Below are positions 8,670 through 18,612 of a DNA stretch of 64,000 nt, piece by piece. Numbering within the stretch: position 1 is the first letter of the stretch; each line of letters begins with the position of its first letter. The notes under the pieces are model-generated. The model did no database searches and had not been told where the DNA came from. It saw only the letters and a list, made by a program, of their open reading frames with translations. Source of the stretch: Candidatus Latescibacterota bacterium. Its GTDB lineage: Bacteria; Latescibacterota; UBA2968; UBA8231. Where the stretch lies: contig CBDETK010000013.1 in assembly GCA_965242865.1 (NCBI GenBank), forward strand, positions 3,264,001 through 3,328,000, in the 5' to 3' direction. A program made the position numbers and the translations under genes.

Positions 8670-11600
8670 TCAACGTTGATCGCCAAATTGAAGCGCTCTC
8701 TGCCTAGGGGCCTGAACATCGTCGCGGGCGGCGACGTGGTTGCTCAGGGCTTCGAGAGTTGCTCGCTCGTCGGAGCCGGCGTCGGCTAGTTCGATGAGGG
8801 CTTGGAGGAGCTGGTTGCTCAGGGCGTTGCGCTGGAGGCCGCGGGTGTCGAGGTAATCGTCCACTTTGGCTTGGTCGCCGGCGCGCCACAGGTGCATGAG
8901 CTTGTGAACTTGATCGATGAGGGGGACGGGGCGGCCGCTTGGGGCGGCGAGGCCGAGGGTGCGGCCCTGCCGCCGGTTCCAAGGTTTGAGCTTGACTTTG
9001 GCACCGCCGCCGGTCTCTTCCGCGTCCTCCGGTGGGTCGTCCTCGTCGCTGGCTGCGCCCTTGCCCGATTGGGCGAGGAGGTCGTGCTGATTGACGAGGG
9101 CTGTGTCCGAGAGGTTGCACGATAGGGCGTAGAGGATGCAGCCGCCGACCGGGGCCTCGGCCATGCCGAAATCGTGGCGATGGAGCAGGTAGTACGTGGT
9201 TACGTCGTCGAGGCCGGTGGCGGCTTCTTGGCCGTCGCGGGTGAGGACGCGGCCGACGACGAAATCGACGACCATGCGCCGCACCTCGCGCAGGAACTCG
9301 GAGACGGTCATGCGTTGGTTCGGGTCGTTGGCCTTTTTGACGACCGGGTGCTTGCTGAAGGCTTCAAGGGCCGGGCCGGTGGCGGCCCACACGAAGTCCG
9401 GGCCGCGAATGCCAGCGTCCCAAAAATCGCGGAGTTGGTAGATGATGTTCTCGCGCATGTCGCCGAGGACGAGGTTGTCCCAGCCGGGGCGAGCCGGCGG
9501 GCGTTTTTTGCAGACCAGCCAGACGGAGGAGGCGAGGGCCGCCGATCCTAATGAACGGGTTCTGTTGCTCATCTCCGTCTGGATGGGCCACGATCCATCG
9601 ACGACAAAGCCAGATCGGATCAGGGCGGCTACTAGCGTCTCCCAAGCATCGGGGTGTTTGTTGGCGAATACGACCACGAGCCGCCCGTCCGGCTGCAACG
9701 CAGCATGACAAGCCCGGAACGAGCGGGCCATGCCGTCTTCATAGTTCTGCTTGGACCGCTCTTTGTCACCACCAAATCTGCTAGCGTCGTCTATGAGTTC
9801 GCCATCGCTAACATCCTGATTCCATTTTGGCCCAAGTGCTTCGCAAAATGCCGCGTCCATTTCTGGAGATAGCCCATGTGTGGACCGCCTGAGCCATACG
9901 TAGAAAAAATCCATGGAGTCTGAGTAGGGAATGGCGTCGTAGTACGGTGGATCAGTGATTATCACATCAAACTGTCCCGGAATGCTGATTGCAGAACTAC
10001 AGGAGACCGTTGGTTGGGTCTCCAGATTTGGTATCGCAATAGCTGTATCAATAGATCTCGTGACAGATCTCAGCATTGACTCCCAACTACCAGAGGCTCC
10101 TCCTATAGGAGAGGACTCCGCAAAATCCCATTTAATTGGTAGCGCGAATCTATTGAACAAATGGGTAATTTGTTCATTCTGTGTGTACCAAGAACAAAGT
10201 CCGTTACAATAGTCAAGCTGCTTACTAACAACGCACAGCAAATATCCAATAACACCTTGAATCCAAACGTCGCTAGGCGATGTTCGGATTGGAATACTAC
10301 GGAGTATAGAAATCAGTACGGCATAGCTAGTAAGCTGCCGATTCGTAAACAGTTTCCGCCACGTGTCGAAGCCGTAACCATCTACCGAGAAGGCTCGCGA
10401 CGCGCCGGTTCCTGCTTTGGGCGTCTGTTCCTCCGGCAACCCAAACGGAATGTCCGCATACAACACTTGAAGCTGTTCCTCAGTCACTTCTGCCACCGCC
10501 CGCTCATGGTCCGTCGGCAAACGATATTCCTTCCCCTTCCCCTTCGGCCCATCCACCACCACCGCCGTCATCACCGCGCCCAACCGCCCAGCGCGGCCCT
10601 CAAGCCGAATGTCTTCCATCGTCGTGATCGCGCCGCAACAAGGGCAGGTTGCGCCGGTGCGCGACATAGTGCCCGCGCCGACGCGCTTGTCGTGCTCCCG
10701 TCGCTGCGCCGCATTGCCGCCGTTGTGCGGCACATCGTTCTGGACGCCAAAGACGACGCCGGTCTGGTCGGCTTTAGGCTCCATCGTCAGCCGCACGCGC
10801 TTTCTGTCCTTCTTGCACAGCCAGCGCGTCTTGAGCAGCGGCAGCATGGCGCGGCATTGCTTACAGGTCACAGTCCGCGCCCACAAATAGGCCACCGTCG
10901 GCTTGGCGATCCAGCGCGGGTTGCGCGGGTCCGCGAGATAGGCGTCGTCAAATTCGGCATTGAGCGGATCGACCTGCGGAACGCCCGCATCGTCAACTTC
11001 TAAAAGCCGTCTATGCTCACATTTCGCACCCGGCTTCAGCGGCTCAAACTCGGCATACGTCGGATAGTACGCCGCCAACTCCACACGCGCCTTGGCCAGC
11101 ACCCACCGGCCCCAAGCCCGCACGTGCCAAGCGAGATCCGCCTCAAGAATGGGATCATCCTGTCGCAAAAAATCGAGCTGAACTTCGCCGCCGTCGCCGT
11201 GGCCGAGCCGCTCCAAGACGGTTCGCAAGCCCGCCCCCTTAAACCCCTTCGCTTTCAGGAACGCCGCCATAAATTCGCCATCGGCCAGCGCGAACTTGGG
11301 CAGCGGACGAGTCTGACCGGCGAGCTTCTGCGGATATTCGAGGGTACACTTGAGGATGAACCAAGCGACCGGATTGATGTCCATGGCGGTCACGTCGCAG
11401 CCGAGCCGCATAGCTTCAAGCGGAATGGCCCCGCCGCCGGCGAACGGGTCCAGCACCTTGGGCGCACGGCCATACTCCTTGCGAATCTCGTCGCGGAACC
11501 ATTGAAGCTCCGGGCCGTTCTCCCGCCCCCAATGGAGAATGCCGCCGACCGTCTCCTCCTTCACCTTCTCGACCACCCGCCCATTCACCCGCTTCCGCTC

Positions 11601-11852
11601 AATTTTCTCGACGACGCGCCCGGCCAGTCGCTCCAAAATCTCCTGCCGTTGCTTGGAATTGCCGGGATCGGCAAGCAACGTCGCAATCAGTGCTGCCCGC
11701 GACGCCGCGAGGGGCCGCCGCGCCGGCCAGATATGCAGCGTCGAGATATGCCCGTGCCGCACATTCTTCTCGTGAACCGAGTCGAGGGACGCCTGCTTCA
11801 GGGGAAAGACGACTTCGATGAGACGAGGAGGCATTTGGGGATTGTGTTGCAT
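8670..11852 (-). CDS. DUF1156-family adenine DNA methyltransferase
   Basis: HISTLHIWPARRPLA, motif I DPFAGGG, CxxC pairs, motif IV DPPYY; probable start 11852, 4 bp after the dcm-like stop. Confidence 0.92.
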   Translation of the reverse strand: MQHNPQMPPRLIEVVFPLKQASLDSVHEKNVRHGHISTLHIWPARRPLAASRAALIATLLADPGNSKQRQEILERLAGRVVEKIERKRVNGRVVEKVKEETVGGILHWGRENGPELQWFRDEIRKEYGRAPKVLDPFAGGGAIPLEAMRLGCDVTAMDINPVAWFILKCTLEYPQKLAGQTRPLPKFALADGEFMAAFLKAKGFKGAGLRTVLERLGHGDGGEVQLDFLRQDDPILEADLAWHVRAWGRWVLAKARVELAAYYPTYAEFEPLKPGAKCEHRRLLEVDDAGVPQVDPLNAEFDDAYLADPRNPRWIAKPTVAYLWARTVTCKQCRAMLPLLKTRWLCKKDRKRVRLTMEPKADQTGVVFGVQNDVPHNGGNAAQRREHDKRVGAGTMSRTGATCPCCGAITTMEDIRLEGRAGRLGAVMTAVVVDGPKGKGKEYRLPTDHERAVAEVTEEQLQVLYADIPFGLPEEQTPKAGTGASRAFSVDGYGFDTWRKLFTNRQLTSYAVLISILRSIPIRTSPSDVWIQGVIGYLLCVVSKQLDYCNGLCSWYTQNEQITHLFNRFALPIKWDFAESSPIGGASGSWESMLRSVTRSIDTAIAIPNLETQPTVSCSSAISIPGQFDVIITDPPYYDAIPYSDSMDFFYVWLRRSTHGLSPEMDAAFCEALGPKWNQDVSDGELIDDASRFGGDKERSKQNYEDGMARSFRACHAALQPDGRLVVVFANKHPDAWETLVAALIRSGFVVDGSWPIQTEMSNRTRSLGSAALASSVWLVCKKRPPARPGWDNLVLGDMRENIIYQLRDFWDAGIRGPDFVWAATGPALEAFSKHPVVKKANDPNQRMTVSEFLREVRRMVVDFVVGRVLTRDGQEAATGLDDVTTYYLLHRHDFGMAEAPVGGCILYALSCNLSDTALVNQHDLLAQSGKGAASDEDDPPEDAEETGGGAKVKLKPWNRRQGRTLGLAAPSGRPVPLIDQVHKLMHLWRAGDQAKVDDYLDTRGLQRNALSNQLLQALIELADAGSDERATLEALSNHVAARDDVQAPRQRALQFGDQR

Positions 11853-11856
11853 CGCT

Positions 11857-12972
11857 TCACGCATTTTCACCCAAAGGAACACGCTCTGAGCCACAACCGA
11901 ACTTCCGCTCAGCAGAGGCCATGAGTTCCTTTTGGCACTGTTGCGATACCACTTCGGCAAAATCACACGGTACCGCATTGCCAATTACGTTGCAGACATG
12001 TCCCATATATGGGGTATCGAACCTATAATCCTTTGGAAACGTCTGAAGCAATGCCGCTTCGCGAACAGAGATCGTTCTATCCTGCACTGGGTGCCCAAAT
12101 CGACCTTTGCTAAATGTCGTGCATCCGCCGGTTATCGTGGGAGCCGGCTTATTCCATTCCATGCGGCCGTACACATTAGTGAAACCCTCATAACGACCTT
12201 GGTGACAAGTAGGTCGTAGTCTTTCAGGAATGCTCGTCCAAGTCTTCCCCGCTTTTGCAGCCTTAATACGCTTCATGTTTTCCGGCGAAAGCGTTCGCAC
12301 GATATGCCAGTCCGACTGTCGAACTTCGCCGCGCTTATTAGCCTCTTGGAGAGTAATAGGCTCAAGCATGTGCCCGATTGCATCTTTCACTGTTTTCCAG
12401 AGAGATAACCCATTTCTCCCCTCACTAGAATGCGTCGGCTTTGGCAGTTCAATTTTGAAACCAAGTCCGCCGAGTAACACCAAACGCCGTCGAAGCTGCG
12501 GAACTCCATAGTTAGCGATTTCTAGCACACCATCTGCTAGCCAGTAACCGAGCCGCTCAAGTTCACGCTTCAGTTCTCCGTAGAGTAATTCACCTTTACT
12601 AGTTAATCCGGGAACATTTTCCATCATAATTGCTCTCGGTCTTATCTCTTTTGCCAAGCGAGTCATTTCAAAAATCAGCATATTTCGAGCGTCATCCCTT
12701 CTGTACTTGGCAGTTAAGCTGGTAAAACCTTGACAAGGTGGGCAACCCGCCAGCAAGTCGATTCTATCTTCACCGGCTAGTTCTAGCAGATGTTTCCCAG
12801 AGATAGTAGTAATATCTTGTCTCAAAGCGATAACTTCAGGATGGTTGGCTCGATAGATCGCATAGGCATTTTCTTCGATCTCCACTGCTGCCACGACCTC
12901 AAAGCCCGCTCGCTTTAATCCGACAGTTAAGCCGCCGCCACCCGAAAAAATATCAATTGCTTTTAGCGACAT
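11857..12972 (-). CDS. DNA (cytosine-5)-methyltransferase
   Basis: DIFSGGGG, GCPPCQGF, ENV, QLRRR, IGNAVP. Confidence 0.96.
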   Translation of the reverse strand: MSLKAIDIFSGGGGLTVGLKRAGFEVVAAVEIEENAYAIYRANHPEVIALRQDITTISGKHLLELAGEDRIDLLAGCPPCQGFTSLTAKYRRDDARNMLIFEMTRLAKEIRPRAIMMENVPGLTSKGELLYGELKRELERLGYWLADGVLEIANYGVPQLRRRLVLLGGLGFKIELPKPTHSSEGRNGLSLWKTVKDAIGHMLEPITLQEANKRGEVRQSDWHIVRTLSPENMKRIKAAKAGKTWTSIPERLRPTCHQGRYEGFTNVYGRMEWNKPAPTITGGCTTFSKGRFGHPVQDRTISVREAALLQTFPKDYRFDTPYMGHVCNVIGNAVPCDFAEVVSQQCQKELMASAERKFGCGSERVPLGENA

Positions 12973-12973
12973 G

Positions 12974-15076
12974 CTAATGGCTCTCCGTGTTAGAAACTAG
13001 ATCGCGTTGCCTGTTCGCTTCCGTCAAAAAATCTTTATGCACCATTTGGATTCGCAGTAAAAAGTCCTTCCAGCTAATGTGAGTCAGCTTTTGACTCCCA
13101 CGGTAGCCGTCATAGGCTGCTTTTTGAGCACCCTTTAAAGCCAATTTGTCGCATACAAGGGTAATGTGAAAGTCGTTAAAAAATTTTTGAAATTGGCTGT
13201 TCTTATCATCAGATAGAAATTCCTCCATAAGGTCGTGATAGTTGACAATTCTGTCCATCTCTTCGTTTTTCAAGGCGTGTCCGGGTTTCTTTATCTCGAC
13301 GATCTGAGCTACGCCTTCCTGACTTGACAAGACAAAGTCAGGTCTCTTGGCTGTGCTCTGGAAATCCGATAGTGAAATAGCCTCTCCAGTCTCTGATTCG
13401 TAGTATTTTTCAAATTCCTTTCTCAAGCTATTGAGCGACTGGTTTGCGGTTATTGGTGCCCATTCGGGATTGATCAGCCAAGGGGCGTCCTCGATGAGAT
13501 TTTGAAAGCTATCTTCCTTGATGTTCGCGTCGTCTTTTAGAGTCTCTAAACGCTCAATCACCTTCAAACGCTTCTCTGCAATTCGGCCAAACGACGAAAG
13601 TTCTGCAATGCGAGCGGTTCTCAAGAGAGAGCTGAGCACTTCAAGAGGCGTTTCAGTTTGCTTCGCAGCGTCCCTCATTTTTTCGTCAAGAGTTACGTGT
13701 GGAGCGAGAGTTATGCTTAGATCGACTAAATCGTCGATCGCTTCTCGGTCTTCTATCTCTGCCCGACTGATCGTTCGACCGAACATCTTGGCAACATCGA
13801 TAGCCTGCTTTCGGATCTCCCTTTCGTCGTTAGACGGATAAGTCTCGTGGACGCGCTCCTCTACACGTCCAGTTTCAAGAAACAAGTCTAACGTAGCCTT
13901 TCGTATCGGATCCCGTGCCAGAGTGCCGATTCGCCGAACAATTTCCTGACCCCATTTTTGGAAGGCAGAACCTAGTTCATCAGACCAAAGAATATCTCGA
14001 CGATCCGTCTGTATGAGATCTTCGTCTTCGTCGAGCCAGTCTGCCTGCAATTGGCCGACCAAATAGGAGCGAATAGTGTGCTCTCCTGTAAAGCCGGCTG
14101 CTTTATTAAATACTAATGTTTGTGCGGCAATTTTTCCGCGACAGTAGATTCTTATTCCTGCCATCAAGTCGTCTTTGTACGGCTCCTTTGAATACGCAAC
14201 CCAACCTTTTACAGGGTAAAATTTTTCATTGTAATTGAATCCCGCCTCAAAACCGCAAATTACATTGCCGTCAGGTCCGATAACCTCATCCTGCTGAAAT
14301 GAAATGCGCGTATTTGGCATCGTTTGAACGTCGAATTCACTTATAGTCCGCGAATAATCAGGGTCAGAAGAAGACTTGGTATTGTCTTGAAGAATTATCT
14401 TCCAATCTTGAGATGGAATCCCAAAACGCTGGGCAATCTGTCGGGAAAGGATTTCAATGTTAGAAACTAGCCGATAGTTGAAGTTTCTCAGTATTACTGT
14501 CGTCCCAGTTTTATCACGGAGCGTATCGTCGAATTGTCCAGCAGATGGCTTATACGGCTCATTCGGCTCATCATCTTCTGCAATGATTTCGTCGTAATTC
14601 AAGATGATATGTGACGTTAAATATCCTCGTTTCTCCTTCCCATTCTCCGGCTTGCTGATCTCCTCACCACCCGTACTTATCACTTCAATAATTTTGCAAA
14701 TTCCGAACGGTGCTAGCTTACCGACGCCCTTCCTGCCCATGACTTTTCGCCTGTATTTCGGTGAAGTTGAACCCCGACGAGAGTCCGTCCTGCGGTCGGC
14801 ACCAATAACCAGAAAAAACTGTTGCATCTGCTCAGGAGTCATGCCAGTACCATCGTCGGCGATTTTAATCTCAAGATTTTTACTGGAAAATGAGCCATCT
14901 TTTTCTTTTACTGCGAGAAATTTTCCCATGGGAGCATGTACGACAACCTCTCGCGCATCGGCGTCGTAGGAGTTCGAGATAAGTTCAGCAATAACTGCCG
15001 ATACCTTATCATAGAGCTTCACTCCGAGCTTATCGACCGTAAGCCGTGATATCCTCATGCTATATTCGTTAGCCAT
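12974..15076 (-). CDS. Second GHKL ATPase fused to PD-(D/E)XK nuclease
   Basis: KLGVKLYD..ELISNSYDADA, DDGTGM, GRKGVGK; C-terminal WLINPEW, RPDFVL..IVEIKKP; 1 bp from the C5 MTase. Confidence 0.85.
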   Translation of the reverse strand: MANEYSMRISRLTVDKLGVKLYDKVSAVIAELISNSYDADAREVVVHAPMGKFLAVKEKDGSFSSKNLEIKIADDGTGMTPEQMQQFFLVIGADRRTDSRRGSTSPKYRRKVMGRKGVGKLAPFGICKIIEVISTGGEEISKPENGKEKRGYLTSHIILNYDEIIAEDDEPNEPYKPSAGQFDDTLRDKTGTTVILRNFNYRLVSNIEILSRQIAQRFGIPSQDWKIILQDNTKSSSDPDYSRTISEFDVQTMPNTRISFQQDEVIGPDGNVICGFEAGFNYNEKFYPVKGWVAYSKEPYKDDLMAGIRIYCRGKIAAQTLVFNKAAGFTGEHTIRSYLVGQLQADWLDEDEDLIQTDRRDILWSDELGSAFQKWGQEIVRRIGTLARDPIRKATLDLFLETGRVEERVHETYPSNDEREIRKQAIDVAKMFGRTISRAEIEDREAIDDLVDLSITLAPHVTLDEKMRDAAKQTETPLEVLSSLLRTARIAELSSFGRIAEKRLKVIERLETLKDDANIKEDSFQNLIEDAPWLINPEWAPITANQSLNSLRKEFEKYYESETGEAISLSDFQSTAKRPDFVLSSQEGVAQIVEIKKPGHALKNEEMDRIVNYHDLMEEFLSDDKNSQFQKFFNDFHITLVCDKLALKGAQKAAYDGYRGSQKLTHISWKDFLLRIQMVHKDFLTEANRQRDLVSNTESH

Positions 15077-15326
15077 TTCCCTGTTCCTTGTAGGTTTTTT
15101 GCCTATGATGTATGCTTTCGCGGCTTAACAGCCTCCTCATACCGCCCATATCCGATAGTCAAAGTGCTGGTACAGGAGACTAACCGCTCGCTCTTAAAAT
15201 AAAAGCTATTGACTCGATGCAACCAAGACTTGCCCTCAACGCCGCTCCAATTGCCTCTTGAGCCACACGGCCGGCAGCCTTCTCACAATTTCCCCGATGA
15301 GCTTGACCCGCGCAACCGCGTCCCCC

Positions 15327-18300
15327 TCACTCGGCGGCCTCTATAACAGCCCCCGGAGTGATGGTGTAAGCGATGGACTCGCGGCTCCTGACGAGCAGCT
15401 TGGCAAACGGGTCGCGCACCCGCACCAACCGCGGGTGCGGCGTGGCGCAGTCGAAGACGACGTAGAGCCAGTATTCGTCGCGGAGATTGCACGCCTTGGC
15501 CCATTCGTTCTCGCTCATCTCGACATGGCCGGTCCCAGCCCGGCCCTTGACTTCTATGGCGCGTCGTTCCCCGCCAGCGCGGTGGGAAAGCAGATCAAAG
15601 CCCGGCCAATCGGTCAGCCCGGCGCGCCGCGCCAGCTCGGGCCGCGAAACATCCTGCACTTGGGCACCGCAGCGCTTCTCATAATCGGCAGCCACCTGCA
15701 CGGCGATGGCTTCGACATCGGCGTCGTAGTGCTCAGCCTCTGCGGAATCCTCGGCCGGCACCACGAGGGCGTGAACGAGGAACTCAAGCGCACCGGCCTT
15801 GATGAGGTCTGGCTCGGCTCGCAGTTGGGCGAGGCGCTGGTTGCGCGAAGCCGTCACCCGCCGCTGCCGTTTCTTGACCTTGGCGAGTTCCCCCTCGGCG
15901 TGCGGATCACCAGCGCGAGCCATGGTGCTGAGGCGGAATCGGGCCGCGGCGAGTTCGGCCGCCTGAAAGTCAAAGCCGCGATTGACGAACTCCAAGCGGG
16001 CGGGCAAATCCTCGAGGCGACGCTGACGCTGGGCTTGCGCGACGCGCTCGCTCACTGTCTCGCGGATGAACCGGGCGGCGTCAACGACCATGCCGCGCGA
16101 TAGAGTCGCCAGCGGCACCCGGCTCGGGGCAAAGCCGTGATTCCCTCTGAGCAGCAGCAAATGCTCAACCGGGCACTCCTCTAAAGTCCCGTCACCCCAT
16201 TGGCGCAACCCCAGCAGGCGCAATTCGAGAAGCTGCGGAGCGGTTGGGCTGTCCTGTTCGACGGAAATCAGGGCAATGTGAAACAGGTATGCCTCGGCCG
16301 CATAAGGGTCGGTGAACACGGCCCCTTTGAGGCCATCGCGCCCGAAGCGCCTCAAGACCGCGTCTGAGAGGCCATCGAACACCGGTTCGCCGGGGTGCAG
16401 CCAGACCGTGCTTTCGCGGTTCGCTGGCTTGTACACGGTCAGCCGTTCGCGCGCTTCTTCGGGATAGACCAACAAGGCATCGGCCGTGCGGGGCCGGTCG
16501 GGCACCAACGCAAAGGCGGCTTCCAAATCGCCCTCGATCCGCAAGCCGAGTAGGGGCGCGGCTCGCTCCACGAAGCGGCGCACGTATCCGGGCAGCAACC
16601 GGCGATAGTTTTCCCGCTCGGCTTCTTTGTTGAGCTGAGCCAATCGCTGGCGCACCTCGCCGCCTTCCCCAAAGAGCACCCGCTCTCTTTCGGCAAGTGC
16701 TTGGACCTGTTGCTCTGTAAGGCGGCCCTCCAAGTGCTCGGCAACGGGGTCGGCGTCTTCAGCCAGATAGTCCCGCATGGACACCCCCTCAAACAGCCGG
16801 CCCACCACGTCAAAGACCTTGTCGGATCGGAGCTGCCGGCGGATCGCTTCGAGCTTGTCGAGCAGGGTCTTTAATACCCGCCCTTCGCGCGTACCGCCGG
16901 CCACCAGATTGACAATGACCACTGGATCGCGCTGCTGACCGTAGCGATGGATGCGTCCCATTCGCTGTTCGAGCCGCGCCGGATTCCAAGGGATGTCGTA
17001 GTTCACCATCAGCCAGCAGAACTGTAGATTGATCCCCTCGCCCGCCGCGTCCGTGGCCACTAGGTAATTGGCCCCGCCTTCGGTCGCGGGTCGGCGGAAG
17101 AACTCGACTTGGTGCTCGCGCTGCTCGTAGGGCAGGCCGCCGTGGATCAGGGCGATCTGGCCGGTAAAGCCGAGGCTTTCGAGCCGGCGCACCAGAAACT
17201 CCGCGGTGTCGCGGTGCTCGGTGAAGACGATGAGCTTCTCGTCGCGGTACTGGGGGTCGCGGAGCACCTCGCGCAGCTTCTCAAACTTGGACTCCTCGCC
17301 GGTGTGGAACAGGTTCCGGGCCTTGTTGAGCAGCGATTCGACCTTGAGCCGCTCGGCCTCCAACTCGCTGAGATTGACCGCGACCGTGCCGCTCAGGGCC
17401 TTGTCCTCAAAGTCCTCGTGTTGCTCGCCCCCGCTCTCGCTTGCGGTCTCTTCATCGGCGGTCCGCGTTTCAAATACATCGTCGAGCTTGCTGAGGCTCC
17501 GTTGCTGGCGGGCGAGGTGTTCCTCGGTGAGCCGCCCGTTGCGAATGTCGTCGATCAGCCCGGCCAGCTTCTCTTGACGCCGCTCAAACGAGCGCATGAG
17601 GGCGTAGGTGGAGCTGGCGAGCCGCCGCTGAAAGACGCTCATGGCCAAGCGGGCCGCGGCGCGGTTCAACACGCCGGCGCGGTTGTAGTAATACCGGATG
17701 TAGGCGGTCGTCTCGTCGTAGAGCTCCTGCTCGCTTTCTCGGCCTTGCGAGAGCTCGTAGCTCAGGGTAGCGCAGTTGCGCTGGGGATACAGCGGCGAAC
17801 CATCGAGGCGGACCATTTCCTCTTTGGTCCGGCGGATAAAGTGCTTTTTCCGAGCTTGGTGGGGAAAAGTATCGAACGCGTCGTAGGTCGAGAGCGCGTC
17901 CGGCAGCAGCAGACGCCACAGGCCGTAGTAGGGATAATCCTTGCCCGTATGCGGCGTGGCCGTCAGCAACAGCAGGTGTTGGGCGGACCAAGGGAGAGCC
18001 CAACGCTCGTCCTCTACCTCGGCCCCGGCTAGGGCTTCCGCCAGCTTGTACCGATATGTCTTGCGCACCCGAAAATCCGGCTGGCGGTCCGCAGCTAGCT
18101 TGTGCGCCTCGTCAAAGACCACGAGGTCGTAGGCCGCGGTTGGCCCGGCTTTGAGGCAGCCGAACATGCGGTCCCCGGCCAAGGTGTCGATGCTGACGAT
18201 GGTCCGGTCGCTCTCCGGGCCGAGGAAGGGATTGCCAGCGCGGGCGTCTGCGCCGCTGACGATGCGGAACGGCAGGCGAAACAGGGTGCGCAGCTCCCGT

Positions 18301-18602
18301 TCCCAGTTGCCGACCAAGCCCGCCGGCGGCACGATCAACACGCGACCGATGAGGCGGCGGGACAGCATCTCGCGCACGTATAGGCCCGTCATAATGGTCT
18401 TGCCGGCCCCGGCGTCGTCGGCCAGCAAGAATCGCAAAGGGGCCTGTTGCAGCATCTGCTCGTACACGGCCAGACGCTGATGCGGCAGTGGGTCGATCAG
18501 CGATGTTTCCGCGGCGAATGCTGCATTAAAAAGATGCCCGTAGGCGAGACGATGCGCCTCGGCGACGGCTGAGACCGCCTTGGGGTCGGCCGAGAAGTCC
18601 AT
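15327..18602 (-). CDS. SNF2-family helicase with C-terminal DUF3883 nuclease domain
   Basis: LLADDAGAGKT, FDEAH, LTATP, EGINLQ, QRMGRIHR; GFDLLS..IEVKGR..SENEW. Confidence 0.93.
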   Translation of the reverse strand: MDFSADPKAVSAVAEAHRLAYGHLFNAAFAAETSLIDPLPHQRLAVYEQMLQQAPLRFLLADDAGAGKTIMTGLYVREMLSRRLIGRVLIVPPAGLVGNWERELRTLFRLPFRIVSGADARAGNPFLGPESDRTIVSIDTLAGDRMFGCLKAGPTAAYDLVVFDEAHKLAADRQPDFRVRKTYRYKLAEALAGAEVEDERWALPWSAQHLLLLTATPHTGKDYPYYGLWRLLLPDALSTYDAFDTFPHQARKKHFIRRTKEEMVRLDGSPLYPQRNCATLSYELSQGRESEQELYDETTAYIRYYYNRAGVLNRAAARLAMSVFQRRLASSTYALMRSFERRQEKLAGLIDDIRNGRLTEEHLARQQRSLSKLDDVFETRTADEETASESGGEQHEDFEDKALSGTVAVNLSELEAERLKVESLLNKARNLFHTGEESKFEKLREVLRDPQYRDEKLIVFTEHRDTAEFLVRRLESLGFTGQIALIHGGLPYEQREHQVEFFRRPATEGGANYLVATDAAGEGINLQFCWLMVNYDIPWNPARLEQRMGRIHRYGQQRDPVVIVNLVAGGTREGRVLKTLLDKLEAIRRQLRSDKVFDVVGRLFEGVSMRDYLAEDADPVAEHLEGRLTEQQVQALAERERVLFGEGGEVRQRLAQLNKEAERENYRRLLPGYVRRFVERAAPLLGLRIEGDLEAAFALVPDRPRTADALLVYPEEARERLTVYKPANRESTVWLHPGEPVFDGLSDAVLRRFGRDGLKGAVFTDPYAAEAYLFHIALISVEQDSPTAPQLLELRLLGLRQWGDGTLEECPVEHLLLLRGNHGFAPSRVPLATLSRGMVVDAARFIRETVSERVAQAQRQRRLEDLPARLEFVNRGFDFQAAELAAARFRLSTMARAGDPHAEGELAKVKKRQRRVTASRNQRLAQLRAEPDLIKAGALEFLVHALVVPAEDSAEAEHYDADVEAIAVQVAADYEKRCGAQVQDVSRPELARRAGLTDWPGFDLLSHRAGGERRAIEVKGRAGTGHVEMSENEWAKACNLRDEYWLYVVFDCATPHPRLVRVRDPFAKLLVRSRESIAYTITPGAVIEAAE

Positions 18603-18612
18603 GGGCGATTAG

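Larger units (their letters stand above)
712..18612 (-). other. Anti-phage defence island (restriction-like/BREX-related core plus inserted modules)
   Basis: Co-oriented helicase, two MTases, two GHKL-nucleases, TA pair and ATPases; AT-richer blocks; bounded by permease copies. Confidence 0.85.

Noticed and set aside
712-18612. Island as a prophage, ICE or canonical BREX/DISARM
   Set aside because: No integrase, phage or conjugation genes; no PglZ/BrxL or DrmA/DrmB recognised.
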